The notes below the pieces were generated by a model. It had not been told where the DNA came from, did no database searches, and saw only the letters and a program-made list of their open reading frames with translations. The translations under genes and the position numbers were made by a program. Source: Amoebophrya sp. A120 (taxonomy: Eukaryota > Protista > Dinoflagellata). Taken from it: a stretch of 64,000 nucleotides of DNA. Shown one piece after another: positions 1-13,150 of the stretch. Every line of letters starts with the position of its first letter. Positions within the stretch are counted from its first letter, which is position 1. The stretch spans positions 15,996,142 through 16,060,141 of the forward strand of contig CAJINV010000001.1 of NCBI GenBank assembly GCA_905178155.1, read 5' to 3'.

Positions 1-1275
1 TTTTGTGTAAAAAGCGGCTTGCTTTTACTGTGGTGGTCTGTTCAGCAATACAAATCTTCTTGGTACCTCTCTGATCCCTTTTCCGCATGATCACAGTCTC
101 TATATCTCTGCATGGCAGATAATGTTCGTCCTTCTTGCGGATCAGCACCACAAACTTTTGTGTGCTGCCAGAAAAGCAGCAGCGCTAAGTATGTATTTTG
201 ATTTTCGTCCAGTGTGGGTGTCCTTATTTTCTGCAGGATAGGGACGGCAGGCCTCACCTTGCGAATAGTCGTTGACGTACCAGCCCCGCAGCCGCAGAGA
301 GCACTCCGCTGGCGCGAGCGGCTCATCCAGGCCATCCGTGTTTTGCGAGACCGGGTTCCCGCTGGCATCCATCTTGCGATACAGATTCAGCGGGGCACTC
401 ACGTGAACTCGCACAAGCGAAGGCATCGAATAGCCTTTCGAGTATTCATTCTTTTCACGGAGGATCCTATCCAAGTCCCAGGGCTGCATTTCGGCTTGGA
501 ATGCGGGCCCGGAAAAGGCTGCCCACCCGTCTTGCCACTGCCACGTTTGCACCAGGTTGGCGTATTCCTTGTAGCTCTCCCACGGCTCGTGCGTGTAGTA
601 GTCATTCAGAAACGGTGCGGGGTCGGTGGTCTGCTGGGACGTGAAGCTGCTGCCCACGTGCAAATAGGACCCGGGCGGCACCATAAGGTAGCCTTGCGCT
701 GCCGTTTGTTGGTTCGCATCGAATGCCATCAGCCCGCTCGCGGAGGTCCCCGCGGCGGCCCCCGCCACCGCCCGGCCGGAGCCCGTTCCGGTCGTAATCG
801 AATCCTCGACGCAGCCGACGCACCGCTTCTGCACCCAGGACTCCGGCGGATCCTCGGTGTGTGGCGGCCGCATGGCAAACACGCGCGCCTTGTACCGCGC
901 AAAGGCGGCAGAAGAGGCCGAGGTCGGCGAGAACGGCTTGTCGTTCTCCTCCTCAAGAAAAGCCCCCCCCGAGCTCCTGCTACTTGTGCGGTTATTTGCT
1001 GTTCCGTCAAGTAAACTGGGGAGCCCGGTCATTTCAACGTCCTCCTGCTCGTCCTCGCGAATGCCGGGGCGGTCGCTGTGGTAGTGCGATGTGGAGTACG
1101 CATCGGCGTTGTGCACACGAAGGCTCACCCCCAAAATCAGGCGGAGGCCAGCACCGACCATCAACACCTTCCGCAAGGGGGACGGAAATCTGTTGAAAGT
1201 AAGTCGCGTCGTCATCTTCGAGAGTTTACTTATTTTCAAGGTCGTCGGTACTGCCAGGAATTCAGCTACGCGCAA
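1..1275 (-). CDS. Hypothetical, possibly secreted protein; 3' part runs off the window
   Basis: ORF 142-1275 has a hydrophobic N-terminal stretch (LMVGAGLRLILGVSL) and a Trp/Tyr-rich globular-looking C-half. It probably continues through an intron near 150-200. No family recognised. Confidence 0.55.
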
Positions 1276-2372
1276 CCGCTGTTCTACTTCGGTAGGCGAC
1301 CGACGGGAGTGTTAAATTCACTTGTCACTTGGCGTACTTAGTTCTCCTCCGCACGTAGAGACGCATGGATGATCGCTCCTCCATGTGATTGTGGTATTGT
1401 TCCATTTTCGTGCACACGCTGGCAAGTTGTAAGTTTGGGAACTAATGTTTAAAGTTATGGGGTAATGAAGATATCGAAAAAACTAAAAGTTGTTTTCAAA
1501 CTTTATTTACACTGAAAAAGTACTTCAAAGGTCGAAAGCGGGGAAGCAAACTTTTACTTTTGCTGTTGTGCGGGTCGGAAGGAAAAAAAAAATAGACATC
1601 CGAACGGGAAGAAGAGCGGCACTTTGAATCATGCTCGATGGGCTTTATGAACGATGAGGCGAGTGCCACGATTTTGCACGAATCAATAACAGTAAAGCGG
1701 TCGCACGGGCCTGTGTTGAACGACAAAAGCTATCATCTTCTTCATGCAAAAGGCAATTCAATGTGCCGTGGACTTCCAATCATCTGACGCACGTACGAAG
1801 CATTGCAACGTCCACCGAAGAGCGACAGCTAGTGCTGTGCGAGTGATGAAATCTGTTCGAATAAATCCAAATTTGTCAACCGACTTAACAGTAACGAGGC
1901 GCTAAACAGAGTTGCAAACTTCGACAGTATTTTCAGGACCGAGGAGCATCACAACTGCGGAGCCACGGAAATACCGACAGCTGGGTTGGATCAAAACCGA
2001 AATTACGATAAAAGTACTTAGCTAACTTTCGAAAAAATATGGAGCGTTAGGAGGAACATTGTTAAAGTTAATGCGTAGGTCTTCTGCACACCGAAATTTC
2101 CTCGAGGGAATTAGAAGCAACGCGCAATTGCATCAATCGGGCTGCATCAGCTAGTCTTATCCTGCAGCCTGAGAAAGTTCTTGCATGCTCCTTTTTCAGT
2201 ATACACAAACAGGCAGAGACAGTTCGGCTGAGGAAAAAGAGACGGGACGGTAGCGACGGTTTTACCGGCTGCTTGGAGTGACGACGAGGACCCTCTACGT
2301 ACTAGATTCTGAATCTGGTCTAGAACTAGAAAACATGCACAAACATTCTCCTCATCCTCTTGAGTCCCTGCA

Positions 2373-4136
2373 CTAGCCAAAACAGATCGAGCTCCCGCCG
2401 CCAGGCGGCTTTCGAATGACGACAGGCTGCTCTGGAGGGGCCGACGCGACCTGCACGGAGGCATTAGTGTCTACCAAGTTCTTCATCGCATAGCTACCGC
2501 CTATTTTTCCGGTCGGAGACCGTCCACGCTTCGCTCGCTCACGCAATACGGAGGACCTCGCGGTGCTTCTTGTGGTCGCTTGATCAGATACAACGGAAGC
2601 TACCGGACCTTGTTTCCGGCCGCTGGAAGCCTGCGCCGGGGCAGAAGATGGGTCATTGTACATTGCGAATCCCGGGGGCCTTTGATCCCTGGTGGAGGTT
2701 CTGGTGCTTTGCCTCCGGGCCCCCGCAGGCGCCGCCGATAGCGGCGGCTGCGGGGCACTAATGGTACTAGTTGCGCTGTCGTTGACACTGCCTCGTAAGT
2801 CCACTGCTGCTCGTGCGCCTCTACCAGCGGAGGTCGTAGCTACTTTGTTCACAGTGGGCGTCCCGCCTGGTTGTAGCGCACTTGACGGCGTAGAATTCGT
2901 GTCAGCGACGGCGTTGGGTCCACGAGAGTACAACGGGGCGTGGTTTTCCTTACTGGCGGAAGTGCCCGTCGCGAATCCGTTTGCCACGCCGGGCTCCCGC
3001 AAGCCCGTTAAGTTCAATGGCTTCACAACATTGCTCGCCGACGCCTGTAGCTCGGCTGCACCGCCGCGGTGCGAGGCCATGCGTGCCGTGCTTTTTTCTG
3101 CTCCACTTCGCGACGACAGAACGTTATTGTCTGCGTATGCTGATACCTCAGGAGCATGATGTTGGCGAGCACTTGTTTCACGACCACCTTGCATCATATT
3201 GATTCCGGTGTCTTGTGGCACCATGGTAGAAGTTCTCGTCGAAGATCGCACACTTCTTTCCGGTTCCGGCGCGCGTACCGACATCGCAGCGGGCGTGTTT
3301 GGTTCTGCGCCAGCGGGGGACCTGCGCGTGCTCATCATCTTCCCCGAGAGATTCTGCTCCCGATGGGGCAACGTGTCGGCGTTCATTCGCAGCTGCCCGG
3401 CTTGCTCCGCTGCAGGCAAAGACGCAATCTGCTCGGCGGAGGGTTTGCAAGGTGGTGCAGCAGGTTTCTCGGCTCGCTGTGGTGCTATGCCGACCGGCAG
3501 GTCTGCCGATGTCTTTGCCGCAGTGTTGAATGCCCCGACGCCCTTCCCCGGACGGGTTTTACCGCTAGCCGCACCCAGGCCGTCCAGGTCGCCCACGCGC
3601 GGTGTCCCAGTGATGGGGTTGAAAATCTTGGGCGGCGCGATTCCAAACTCCTTCTCGTGGGTCCGCGCAGAAGTCGACCAAGAGAGATCCATGGACGAGT
3701 CGCCACCTACTTTTTCAAATGGATTATTTCACCAGTATTGCGTTTACACCCTCATGATTGAAGCATTCAGATAAATTCAACATGCATGGTGATCGGGACC
3801 CCATGCTTGTCACCCTCGTAAGAAACAAACGCTCTTCACATTTGACGAGGCCTATGCGACAAACTGGAACTACAGCCAGACTGCAATACGCAAACGGGTC
3901 GTTCTCACAGAATGATACATCCGGAGCGACTAGTGGAAGAGAAAGTCGATACCGGTTGGCTTGAGGACTTTCACGTCGGTCCGGTTGCGGTCCCGGGCCG
4001 GTTTGATCTTACCCTTGTCTTCAAGCTTGAAGCTTGGGGGCTTGATCGGCTGCGGCGGCTCCTTCGCACGAGATTCATTCCAGCACTTCTCGATCTCCAC
4101 GAGCTTATGCTCACTGTCAGCCGATTCGGTCGCGCC
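2373..4136 (-). CDS. Jupiter/HN1/SPIRAL1-like microtubule-associated protein (PGG-x-SS motifs); 5' end further upstream
   Basis: The C-terminus is VIRKPPGGGSSICFG. A GT-AG intron (3952-3707) joins exon 4136-3953 in frame and creates a second motif, KVLKPTGGDSSMDLSW. Confidence 0.65.
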
Positions 4137-6291
4137 CTGAGAGAAAAAATGAGTACAACTAACAAGGGTAAGTCGTTTTCAGAAAAAGCAATTGCCTAGT
4201 GCATATGTTGATGTTCTGTACTATGGGTTGCACCCATTACTCGATTTCAAAATGGCTCCAATGAATTCCAGTGACCGGGGATATGATCAAAGTTCGCGAA
4301 GTTACTCATCGGATCCGCGAAATTGCTACTGCGTCAAGGAAATGTACGTTGTGAAGCTGCAGAAAAGCACGCCGCTTCTTCTCCCAGATTTCTGCCCGTT
4401 TGGACGCCATTTTTCAATTTTACGTCGTGAAATTTTGAACCACGTTGGTCTTTCGGGAACGACCGGAATTCGCCTTACAGCAGCTGAAACAGTCTGCTTT
4501 CATTTTCACCCCAATCAGCATCAGGTCATGCGCTCTACAACTCAAGAACCGTGTTTGTGCAGTGTGCGTGCTCCAAGGGTCTCTACATCTCTCAGACGGT
4601 AGTGTTGATCGGAACTCTCAGTCCCGTTCATCGCCCGCCATGCACCCAGATGAGACAGGAATGAACAAGCTGCCGCTATGCCAGGAACATGCAATAGACG
4701 CAATTGCGTCAAATCTGTAAAAAGCCATCCTCAAAATTTGCTAATCTCAAAAGCTGGTGGCGCTTGGCGGTTTTGTCGGTGTCGCTGTGGTGCGTGGTGT
4801 TCATTTGCGCAAAGTATTCAGAGGACCAAAGTAATTGTGTGTCGTTGCAGCCAGAAGCCACTTCGGGTTCTTGTGTAGATGCCACCTCACATCCTGCTGC
4901 AGCTACGTGATTCATTTTTTTGGAGTTAGTTTAGTTTCCGAGACTAAAAGAAATTATGTCAGCCGCGGCCGCCATGGTAAGATTGAGTTGCTGTAGGCGG
5001 TGGCGGTGGGCATAACGACATAAGATTTTCGAAAATACTGTAAAAGCGGAGTCTGTTTATATTTTATTTCTCGGGCAGATTGTTCTTCTAAATCAACAAG
5101 AGAGCTGCCGGCACATTCAGGCTCGGAGAGACCGCCGGAAAATACTGGTCGCTGGCAGTTTTCTCTACTTGCGGTTGCGGTCACACCCAGCAAGTAGAAG
5201 AACCTCGCACCTATCATCTATGAATTTACACCCTTCCGAAGAATAAAACAGCCATAGACGCAGGTGCCGGCGCAACTACGACAAATGGCGATAAAAAGTT
5301 CTTTATTCGCTTCTGTGCACAGGTCTCTCGTCTTCTGAAGTGCACTTGGCTGTAACAAAAAAAATATCAAATCGCTTTGTTTTGGGAGTACTGCGGACAA
5401 GTACTGTACGAAGAGACTGTTAGAGAATCAGCAGTAAACATCAAGTGGAGTGATTCCATATCCGTAGTGTATCAATCTTGTGGAACTATTCTGAAAAAAT
5501 CGTAAACGAGATAAAACAAAACCCCTCACTCGGTCGTGTCGCGCACGATGCGTAAAGCCAGGTCGGATAAAAAGGAACAACTATCTCGAAGACAATAAAC
5601 TTGGAAAGCGTGAGCAAGCTAAAAATCGTCCTCTTGCGAAGGAATAAAGACGGCATAAATGTTTTGAAAAACTTGAACTTTTTTCCATAATTTTCTTTTT
5701 CAGGGAGCTCTGAGTCTGACATAGATAACGTGCTGACGCATTCCACAACCGATTTCAGCTGTGGATACGTCTGCGAAAGAGTGATGCGCTAGAAGAAGCA
5801 GGTGACAAAAAATCTCTATTGGTGGAGACCGTAACTAACCCAGTAGCACGCGAGAGGCGAGCAGAGATGAAAGTTGTATGCTTAGTGGGCAATAATTTCG
5901 TTTGATTTGATTCCTCGCTAATAATAGAGGCAGTAAGATAAAGCCAGTTTCTGGCTGCCGAGCAACCGGTTTTCGGTGATCAGTTTCTCGAGTAATACGA
6001 AAAATACGACCTAGAATCATATATCCTGAATCGTCTTTCAAATTTTGTTTTCATCGCAATCTTTGTGTTTGAAAAAATTTAGATGCCGATACAGTGAGAC
6101 ATCATTTGATGGTAGATTTTTACTATGCTTATTAACCATGTCTAAAGATGGGAATACCGGAACAAGGTCGCGTCCCAGTAATCATTTTCGTTGACTTTGC
6201 GCTAGAAGAATGATGCCCGACGTGCTGAGTACAACTCACTTCTATGCCTAGTCCCCAAAAAATCAGAAACAGCAGATGAACGTTCTCCGAA

Positions 6292-9200
6292 CTAGCTTGT
6301 GTCACGCAGGCCGAGATTCTGCCACAGTGTGTGCAGCCACCGCAGCGTCGTGTTATCGTTCCGGAGCATTTCGAGGAGACTCGTGGGTGGTGCCCGCAGA
6401 GTGTCCGGAAGGGTTTCGCGCAGCGCCTCGCGCGCCTGCGGGTGGTCGGAAAGCCGGAGGTAGCACCGGACGACGTGCTTAAGCAGCCGAATCGCGGGGT
6501 CGCGCACGAGGGCCTGCACCATCTGGCGTAGCACAGTAAACACGTGAAAACACCGCTCCGGCTTCTGGCCAATGAACGCGAGTCCGCGCTCATCCAGAAG
6601 AAGCTTTTGCAGAATAAAAGTGGCCACCGTCTGCGAAAGGGCGGTGCCGGTTTCCATGATGCGCAGGCACAGCGGAATGATTTCCGTCTTCTGCAGAAGG
6701 AAGGCCAGCACGTCGGGGTCATCCCCCTTCACCAGTGCGCCCAGCACCCCCAGCGAGGTCAGCCGCAGGTACTCGTAGGGCCGCGCCTTGGTTTCGGTGT
6801 TCAAAAACGGAAAGAGCAGAAGCGGCAGCTCCGCCCTCAGAATCAAAGGCCGTGTCTCCATATGACTCGCCATGCACTGCAGCAACGCCAGCGCATTGCA
6901 CACACGATTCGAACTTTGCGCGGTCAGGGTTGGAGGCTTCGGAACTCTACGTGTTTTCGCCTTTCTTTGCTCTTTTATTTTGCCACCCTCTGTTGTAGTT
7001 GTTGCAGCTGGGGCTTCTACCGCCGCGGCCGCATTGCCCGGCCTCGGAGGTCGCTGGTGCGTGGCTACCGCCCTTGTCCCGGAAGCGCTCGGTAACTGTT
7101 TTTCTGAGTGCGCCGGCTGCGGCTCCTCGTCGTGCTTATTAAGTTTCATCCAGGAAGTCAGTGTGTGACCTTGTTCCAAGGAGGTGCTCATTTGTGCACT
7201 CGCCGTTGTTCCCGTGGTCGCAGAAACAAAGGAAGTACAACTCGGTGTTTTGGTAGTGCTCTTGCTTCCCGCTATGACCGAAGCGAAAGAGGCCGTGGCT
7301 AGTACTTGTTCATCTCCAGCAGCGGGGCCACCAGCAGAGCCGCGCGCCCGGTCTTCGCCTACGGTGCCGGATGGTTGTACTGTCGCGGCTTTCATCATCT
7401 TTGAGGAATCTGGAATGCGCGCGCCGAGCGATGCACCGGCCCCGGGTGGACCCGCGCAGGAATTCTTGTTTGCGGCTCCTGGTGAGTAGGCGGAGGCCGC
7501 TGTAGAAAAGCCGAGAAAGGGATACACAGAAATGATTTCCTGACACAGCACGGCCACCGTGCCGAAACTGTGCCACAGCAGCGGCGCGAGGTCAAACAGA
7601 GTCTCGCGCCGCCGACTCAGCTCAAACAGAGCAGCCTCGCGCTTTCCATGGTCACGCAAGTCCAAAATGAATTGGTACACGCTGTCATCGACCTTGGGCG
7701 GCGGAGCACGACCAGTGTGGAACGCAGCTGATGTGTCTTCATTTCCAGAGCCCTTGTCAGCACTGCTACTAGTTGTACAACTACCCGTGCTAGCACTACT
7801 TTCTGGGGCTGGCACAGTTCCTGTTGCTGTTACCGTGGCGCTCGTGACAGAACGGGCACCGAAACTGCTGGACTTCTGGTGCCCGTGCTGCTCTTGCTGC
7901 GTGGTCCCGCTCGTGGGTTGTCTGGTATCATTCGCTGTTGTTCCCTCCGAATTATAGAAAGATGAGCTGCGCGGGCCGTGAGCAGCCGATGCAGTGGGAC
8001 CGGAGTAGTAGCCGGTAGCGCCGCTAGGGAGCGCTGCAGTAGTCGGGGCGGCAAGAACTTTTTGAGGATTATACGACGAAACGCTCCTGTTTGTCGTGTA
8101 GTCGTAGTACCGAGCCTGCTGTTGGTGTTCCTGTTGCTGCGCTTCTGCTACTGTCATACCAGTATGACCTCTTTTGCAAGGCGGATACTCCTGCGCTAAA
8201 CTCTCAGAACATTCGTTGGAACTCACTGGTCTAGGCACGGGAGGTTTACTGCTGCTTGCAGATTCGCCTGCCCACTCCGCCTGAGATGACATCTGCGTTG
8301 TGTGGCTCTGTTGGTTCTGCTGTTGCTGCTGCGCACAAGCAGTGTGCTGTCCTGTGGACTTTGTTTCGCCGGTGTCATAAGAGGAATTCTGCTGGTGCAC
8401 ACTTTGATTTTCCTGCCCACCTCCACCGTACGCCCCAAGCGCAGATCCCTGGCGGGAATCACGATGCCTCTGCTGCCCCGTTTTGTTGAAGTGGTGATAG
8501 GTTCCGCGATCGGCAGAAGGAATGTGCCTCTTTTGCGCGGAGGTCTTGGCACCACCTCCTCTAGCAGAAGCAGACGAAGCTGAAAATACACGGCCTTGGC
8601 CGCTGCCTCCGCGGCTGCCGCTAGCTCGTGATTTACTCGCCGTCGAAGCGCCGCCTGTAGAAGTACTAGGAGGCTGCACTGGATAAAAGTGCTCGCCCCG
8701 ATAAACGTAAGGCACCGGCCCAGCAGCTGGATGCTCCACCGCGGTTTGAAAAGTATCCGGGCGACTGCCTCGCACAGATTTTTCCTCGCTACCCGCTGGT
8801 ACACCGTCCCCTTGACCTCCAGAGCCGGCTAGCGTAGCGGACCTGTCTTCATGTGCGAAGTTTCCGGGATGTCGCGCATGCGCGGAAACCCGATGAAAAT
8901 GTTGTGCTGAAAGATGGGCGTCTTGACTGCCGTGCTCCTCCTGTGCACCAGTCGCGATCGTGAAGGAAGGCGCTTGATGCGCTTTTTGCTGTAGCTGGGC
9001 CTGTGTACTATGTTGTACGTCGTGTCCTGTGTTTCTCGCAATTGACGCCATGTTCCTGTCAGCCATCGTTGGCGGCGGACCCCACGCATGCCCGTGCTGT
9101 CTCTTGTCGTCCTGAAATTTTTGCTCCGGCAGGTGCGATGTGTGCGACTGCAATTGCGAATCAGCGTGAGCGTCAGCACTGCACCCCGTATGAAGATGTT

Positions 9201-11268
9201 GGGTATATTGCTTACTCTCGCTGTGCCAAGGAATGGACTGCGCGTTCAGCGCCGCAGCGTGCTGCACTCTTGTGTCTGCGCCTGTAGTTACACCACTGTG
9301 GCTGTTCGCTCCTTGCACGGCATTGTCCCTAGAGTTCCTGTCGTGCACAACCGGCAGCTCGCCACTGGATGCAGTAGCACATACGTCTGCAGTTCCAGTT
9401 GGCTTCGAAGATATACTTGTTCCGTAGTTGGTGAAGCCCTGCTGCTGCTGTGCAATTTCTGTCTCCGGACAGCGCGCTTGATGTTGTGTGTCCGCATTGT
9501 AGTTCTGCGTGGAAGAAGATGCAGTGTAGCAGGAGTTCGCGGTTTGGTACTGGTACTGTGCGTAGTAACTTTCCGACGGGTGGTGGTGCTGATACTCTGC
9601 TGCATGGTTCGTGTGCGCATCTCTTGTGACTGTATGCTGTGCCTGCTGCATTTCATGCTCGTTACTCGTCGTCTCCGAAGGCATTGCAGGTCGAGAACTG
9701 AATTGCTGCCGGTGTGCCGCAGTTCCACCGGTGACAGTAGAACCCGGTTGCTGATAGTACGAGCCGTATTGTGCAGCTACCCGGGCGTGTGTCGCTCCAG
9801 CCTCTCTGCTTTCCGCCGAACAATACGGAGCTGAGCCTGAGGCATATTGCTGGCTCTGCTGCTGCAATGGAGGTTCTTCTACAGAAATCGCACCAGCACT
9901 ACCGTAAAAATGCCCGCATGGCGTGCTCAGTCTAGTACCTGAACTATTGTCCCCTGGCTGCGGAGGTGCAGCAACCGAAGAAGTGCAAGAAGCCGCAGAC
10001 GCGGTCCCGGAGTGTGGTGGCGGATAAGTGTGCTGTGAGGATCCCGCAGCGCGGTGGTGCAATGCTGGACCAGCACCTGTGTGGTCTGAGGAAAACGAAG
10101 GATCGTAGGCACCTCCAGCTCTCGACGGCCGCTGTTCTTGGGCGTGGTGCGAAAAAGAAGATGCAGAACCGAGACCGCGACCGTCTGTGGTTGCAACAAC
10201 TGCGCTCCCGGTGCTGTGGCCGTAGTAGTTCTGCGTCGATGAACTACTGCTACCAACGGTATCCATAACACCGTGGTGCTGCCTGTAAAACTCGTGGCCA
10301 TGGTGCGTCGCGGAAGGCGACGCCATCGATGTTGTGGCTGCCCCGCCCTGCGGGTGGAGGCCGTGTGTAGTTGTATATGCTGTACTTGCTGGGACTCCTG
10401 GTAGCTGGTGCGAGGACTCCGATTGGTTTCCTACACTGTATGGCTGGGCGGTAGTTCCAGATGCTGCCACGTGGTCCTGGCCATATTGATTTTGAATTTG
10501 ATGCTGCGGGTATGCATAATTCGCCGGATGTTGTGTGCCCGAACTAGTGCTCGGCGTTTGGTTGCAAGAGGAACTCCCGCTGCTGGTGGCGCATGAGTTC
10601 ATTCCAGGAGGGTAGGAGAAGCCCGGGGCCGGCGCCTTTGGTGTGTAAGAGCTACTGGTCGTTGTGGTGGTTGTGTTGGTGGTCACGGACGCGTTGTAAA
10701 AACTACTGCACGCTGCTGGGGGGGCAGGGGTACCCCCGCAAGGGGGTGCGTAGGGTTGTACCGGATGTTGTGGACGAGTCGGCTGCACGGGTTGCGGGTG
10801 CTGGCTTGCTGTCGATGAATAATCATACCCACTCGTATTGTTGAAACTAGAAATAGTTCCGCTGGTGTTATTCACGGAAGTATTGTTCGCGGTGGCCGGA
10901 GGTGCGACATACTTTGATGGCATCAAAGGCCCCAGAGCCGGAGGCAGCCCCGGCGGAAAGGGCGGCGCATAATTCTGTTGGGTACTACAACTCGCCGCAG
11001 TGGTAGCGTTGCGCTGGGACGTAGTCGTGGAGGTGCCGCTGTTTTTACACGATGAGGCGGAAGATGTCGTTTGCTGCCGCTGCTGGTTGTAATTGGCGTT
11101 GCTGTGCTTCGGGTATTCATAATTTTGGCTCTGTCCGGCTGCGCCGCCTGCCTGTTGCGAGTAGTGGTAGAAATGCTGGCCGCCCTGGTTTTGCTGTTGG
11201 GATCGCCTCGGCGCGGTTTGCTGTGGCTGCTTCCTCGCAGCCTGATGATGATGAACGTGGGCGCCCAT
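6292..11268 (-). CDS. CNOT9: CCR4-NOT subunit 9 (Rcd1/Caf40) with ~1200-aa low-complexity N-terminal extension
   Basis: Rcd1 motifs [66 protein letters not shown] and [13 protein letters not shown]. Start uncertain: ATG 11268 or an upstream exon near 11500-11600. Confidence 0.95.
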   Translation of the reverse strand: MGAHVHHHQAARKQPQQTAPRRSQQQNQGGQHFYHYSQQAGGAAGQSQNYEYPKHSNANYNQQRQQTTSSASSCKNSGTSTTTSQRNATTAASCSTQQNYAPPFPPGLPPALGPLMPSKYVAPPATANNTSVNNTSGTISSFNNTSGYDYSSTASQHPQPVQPTRPQHPVQPYAPPCGGTPAPPAACSSFYNASVTTNTTTTTTSSSYTPKAPAPGFSYPPGMNSCATSSGSSSCNQTPSTSSGTQHPANYAYPQHQIQNQYGQDHVAASGTTAQPYSVGNQSESSHQLPGVPASTAYTTTHGLHPQGGAATTSMASPSATHHGHEFYRQHHGVMDTVGSSSSSTQNYYGHSTGSAVVATTDGRGLGSASSFSHHAQEQRPSRAGGAYDPSFSSDHTGAGPALHHRAAGSSQHTYPPPHSGTASAASCTSSVAAPPQPGDNSSGTRLSTPCGHFYGSAGAISVEEPPLQQQSQQYASGSAPYCSAESREAGATHARVAAQYGSYYQQPGSTVTGGTAAHRQQFSSRPAMPSETTSNEHEMQQAQHTVTRDAHTNHAAEYQHHHPSESYYAQYQYQTANSCYTASSSTQNYNADTQHQARCPETEIAQQQQGFTNYGTSISSKPTGTADVCATASSGELPVVHDRNSRDNAVQGANSHSGVTTGADTRVQHAAALNAQSIPWHSESKQYTQHLHTGCSADAHADSQLQSHTSHLPEQKFQDDKRQHGHAWGPPPTMADRNMASIARNTGHDVQHSTQAQLQQKAHQAPSFTIATGAQEEHGSQDAHLSAQHFHRVSAHARHPGNFAHEDRSATLAGSGGQGDGVPAGSEEKSVRGSRPDTFQTAVEHPAAGPVPYVYRGEHFYPVQPPSTSTGGASTASKSRASGSRGGSGQGRVFSASSASARGGGAKTSAQKRHIPSADRGTYHHFNKTGQQRHRDSRQGSALGAYGGGGQENQSVHQQNSSYDTGETKSTGQHTACAQQQQQNQQSHTTQMSSQAEWAGESASSSKPPVPRPVSSNECSESLAQEYPPCKRGHTGMTVAEAQQQEHQQQARYYDYTTNRSVSSYNPQKVLAAPTTAALPSGATGYYSGPTASAAHGPRSSSFYNSEGTTANDTRQPTSGTTQQEQHGHQKSSSFGARSVTSATVTATGTVPAPESSASTGSCTTSSSADKGSGNEDTSAAFHTGRAPPPKVDDSVYQFILDLRDHGKREAALFELSRRRETLFDLAPLLWHSFGTVAVLCQEIISVYPFLGFSTAASAYSPGAANKNSCAGPPGAGASLGARIPDSSKMMKAATVQPSGTVGEDRARGSAGGPAAGDEQVLATASFASVIAGSKSTTKTPSCTSFVSATTGTTASAQMSTSLEQGHTLTSWMKLNKHDEEPQPAHSEKQLPSASGTRAVATHQRPPRPGNAAAAVEAPAATTTTEGGKIKEQRKAKTRRVPKPPTLTAQSSNRVCNALALLQCMASHMETRPLILRAELPLLLFPFLNTETKARPYEYLRLTSLGVLGALVKGDDPDVLAFLLQKTEIIPLCLRIMETGTALSQTVATFILQKLLLDERGLAFIGQKPERCFHVFTVLRQMVQALVRDPAIRLLKHVVRCYLRLSDHPQAREALRETLPDTLRAPPTSLLEMLRNDNTTLRWLHTLWQNLGLRDTS

Positions 11269-12265
11269 CTTGGACGAGGGGGAAGATCGGACCGTGACAC
11301 CGGCTGCAGCAGCTGTAGATAGTACTAGTAGACGATGAAAATTAAATAAAGACAATCGATAAAACTTCACGTTGCAAAAACAGATCAAAGGAGGCAAAAG
11401 CCAAGGCGCAAGTTGACGGAACGCAACGTGACGCGTACGGAAAATACTTACGACATGATCGCGTCTCATTTTTGCTGCAAACATACATTGAAAAGCACGA
11501 GTATACCCTGTTCCGGTGTTTTCTGTCCATTGAAGAGCCGGAGCTGCTCACGAAGCCCCGCGGCCGCTTCGGCTTCGAGTTGTGCGTGATCCATGCTGTT
11601 CGTTCGGATACGATGACAAGACCAGAACGGCTGTTGTACTAACTCGTGACAAATCGCCAACCAGAGGCGTACGAGAGTGCTGGCTGTGGCGCCCGGGTGC
11701 GTTCAGACAGAACTCCTGTTGAGCCGCCAACATATAGTACTTCCGTTGAGTATTCAGAAAGGAACAGGGGTTTGCTCTTCCGAGTAGTCGATGTGGACCT
11801 TTTTGTGACCGCCAAGTCCGAGCTTCCGTCCACGTCGGTCGTCCTCCACCTCGTGGGATCCGATCACAGCTGAAATAGCGAGGGAATAGAAGTCAAGAAA
11901 GGACACACACTTCTTGTGTAAGTAGCCCGCCAACCTGCAATCTGGATGGCAGCAGGAGTGGTGTGACGAAGGAAAAACGCGTAATTTATCTTCGCACGTG
12001 CTCGGTCTGTATTGCACCTCACGGCATAATTTGAGGTCCGATGATCAGTCAATGCGATAGAAGATGCGAATGTCTGTACGCCTTCACCATACGGACGTGC
12101 AGAGAAAGCCCCTACCTTGTATCAACATCACTGATCAATTTTCATTACTCGTACATCACTAGGGCTAGGTGGCGGGTTGCCGTCTCAGAAAATTAAGAAC
12201 AGGAAACGACAATCAAGTTCAAGGAAGGATGTCGGGTCTTTAAACTTTGAAAAAAGACTTTTCTC

Positions 12266-12299
12266 CTTTGATATCACGTGATATCACGTGATATCAAAG
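12266..12299. repeat. Perfect 34-bp palindrome built from GATATCACGT units
   Basis: ctttgatatcacgtgatatcacgtgatatcaaag is its own reverse complement. Confidence 0.9.
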
Positions 12300-12354
12300 A
12301 AGAAAAGGAGAAAAGTCGATTGTGCTGTTGATATCACAGCACGCGTGATATGTA

Positions 12355-12505
12355 GAAAAATGCAAAAACAGAAGGAATTGATGCAAAAACAGAAGGAATC
12401 GATGCTAAGACAGAAGGAATTGATGCTAAAACAGAAGGATTTGATGCTAAAGCAGAAGGATTTGATGCTAAAGCAGAAGGATGTGAAGCAAAAACAGAAG
12501 GACTT
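12355..12505 (+). repeat. 21-bp minisatellite, ~7 copies
   Basis: Unit ~gatgctaaaacagaaggaatt; reads as KQKELML heptads in ORF 12288-12785. Confidence 0.9.
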
Positions 12506-12539
12506 GCACCAGGAGCTGCTCGCTCTGGTATCAATCCAG

Positions 12540-12680
12540 CGGACTTTTCTCCTTTGCAAGGAGAAAAATCCGGACTTTTCTCCTTTGATCCATATCAAAG
12601 GAGAAAAGTCGTCTGATCCATATCAAAGGAGAAAAGTCCGACATCGCGGACCCTCTGATCCATATCAAAGGAGAAACCCC
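12540..12680. repeat. Cluster of GACTTTTCTCCTTTG / CAAAGGAGAAAAGTC motifs in both orientations
   Basis: The same motif occurs at 12256 and in the tandem array at 15194-15290. It resembles DNA-transposon subterminal repeats. Confidence 0.7.
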
Positions 12681-12809
12681 GATACTTATCACAGACCCTA
12701 TCCCACCCAAACCTTAGCCACCGAGCTCGTCTCCGCTCTGTTTCGCAGTGAAGATCAGAAGGAGCTTGCCTCCACTACGTGTTAACGCGGAGATCAGCGG
12801 CCGGCTCCT

Positions 12810-13150
12810 AAGGAAGAGATTTCCTATAAAGAAACGCGGAAAGCCCAGGGGCGAGCGATTTCCTAAAAGAAATCATGCGGAAAACCCGGACGAAGCGATT
12901 TCCCAAAGGAAATCATGCGGAAAGCCCAGGAGAAGGGATGTCCCAAAGAAAATCACGCGGAAAGCCCAGGAGAAGGGATTTCCCAAAAGAAATCACGTGG
13001 AAAGCCCAGGAAAGGGGATTGCCCAAAGGAAATCATGTGGAAAGCCCAGGAGAAGGGATTTCGCAAAGGAAGTCATGCGAAAAACCCAGGAGAAGGGAAT
13101 TCCCAAAGGGAATCACGCGGAAAGCCCAGAAGAAGGGATGTCCCCTTCTG
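12810..13150 (+). repeat. 40-bp tandem repeat, ~8 copies
   Basis: ggaaagcccagg-like word recurs at 12919, 12959, 12999, 13039, 13079 and 13119. Confidence 0.9.
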
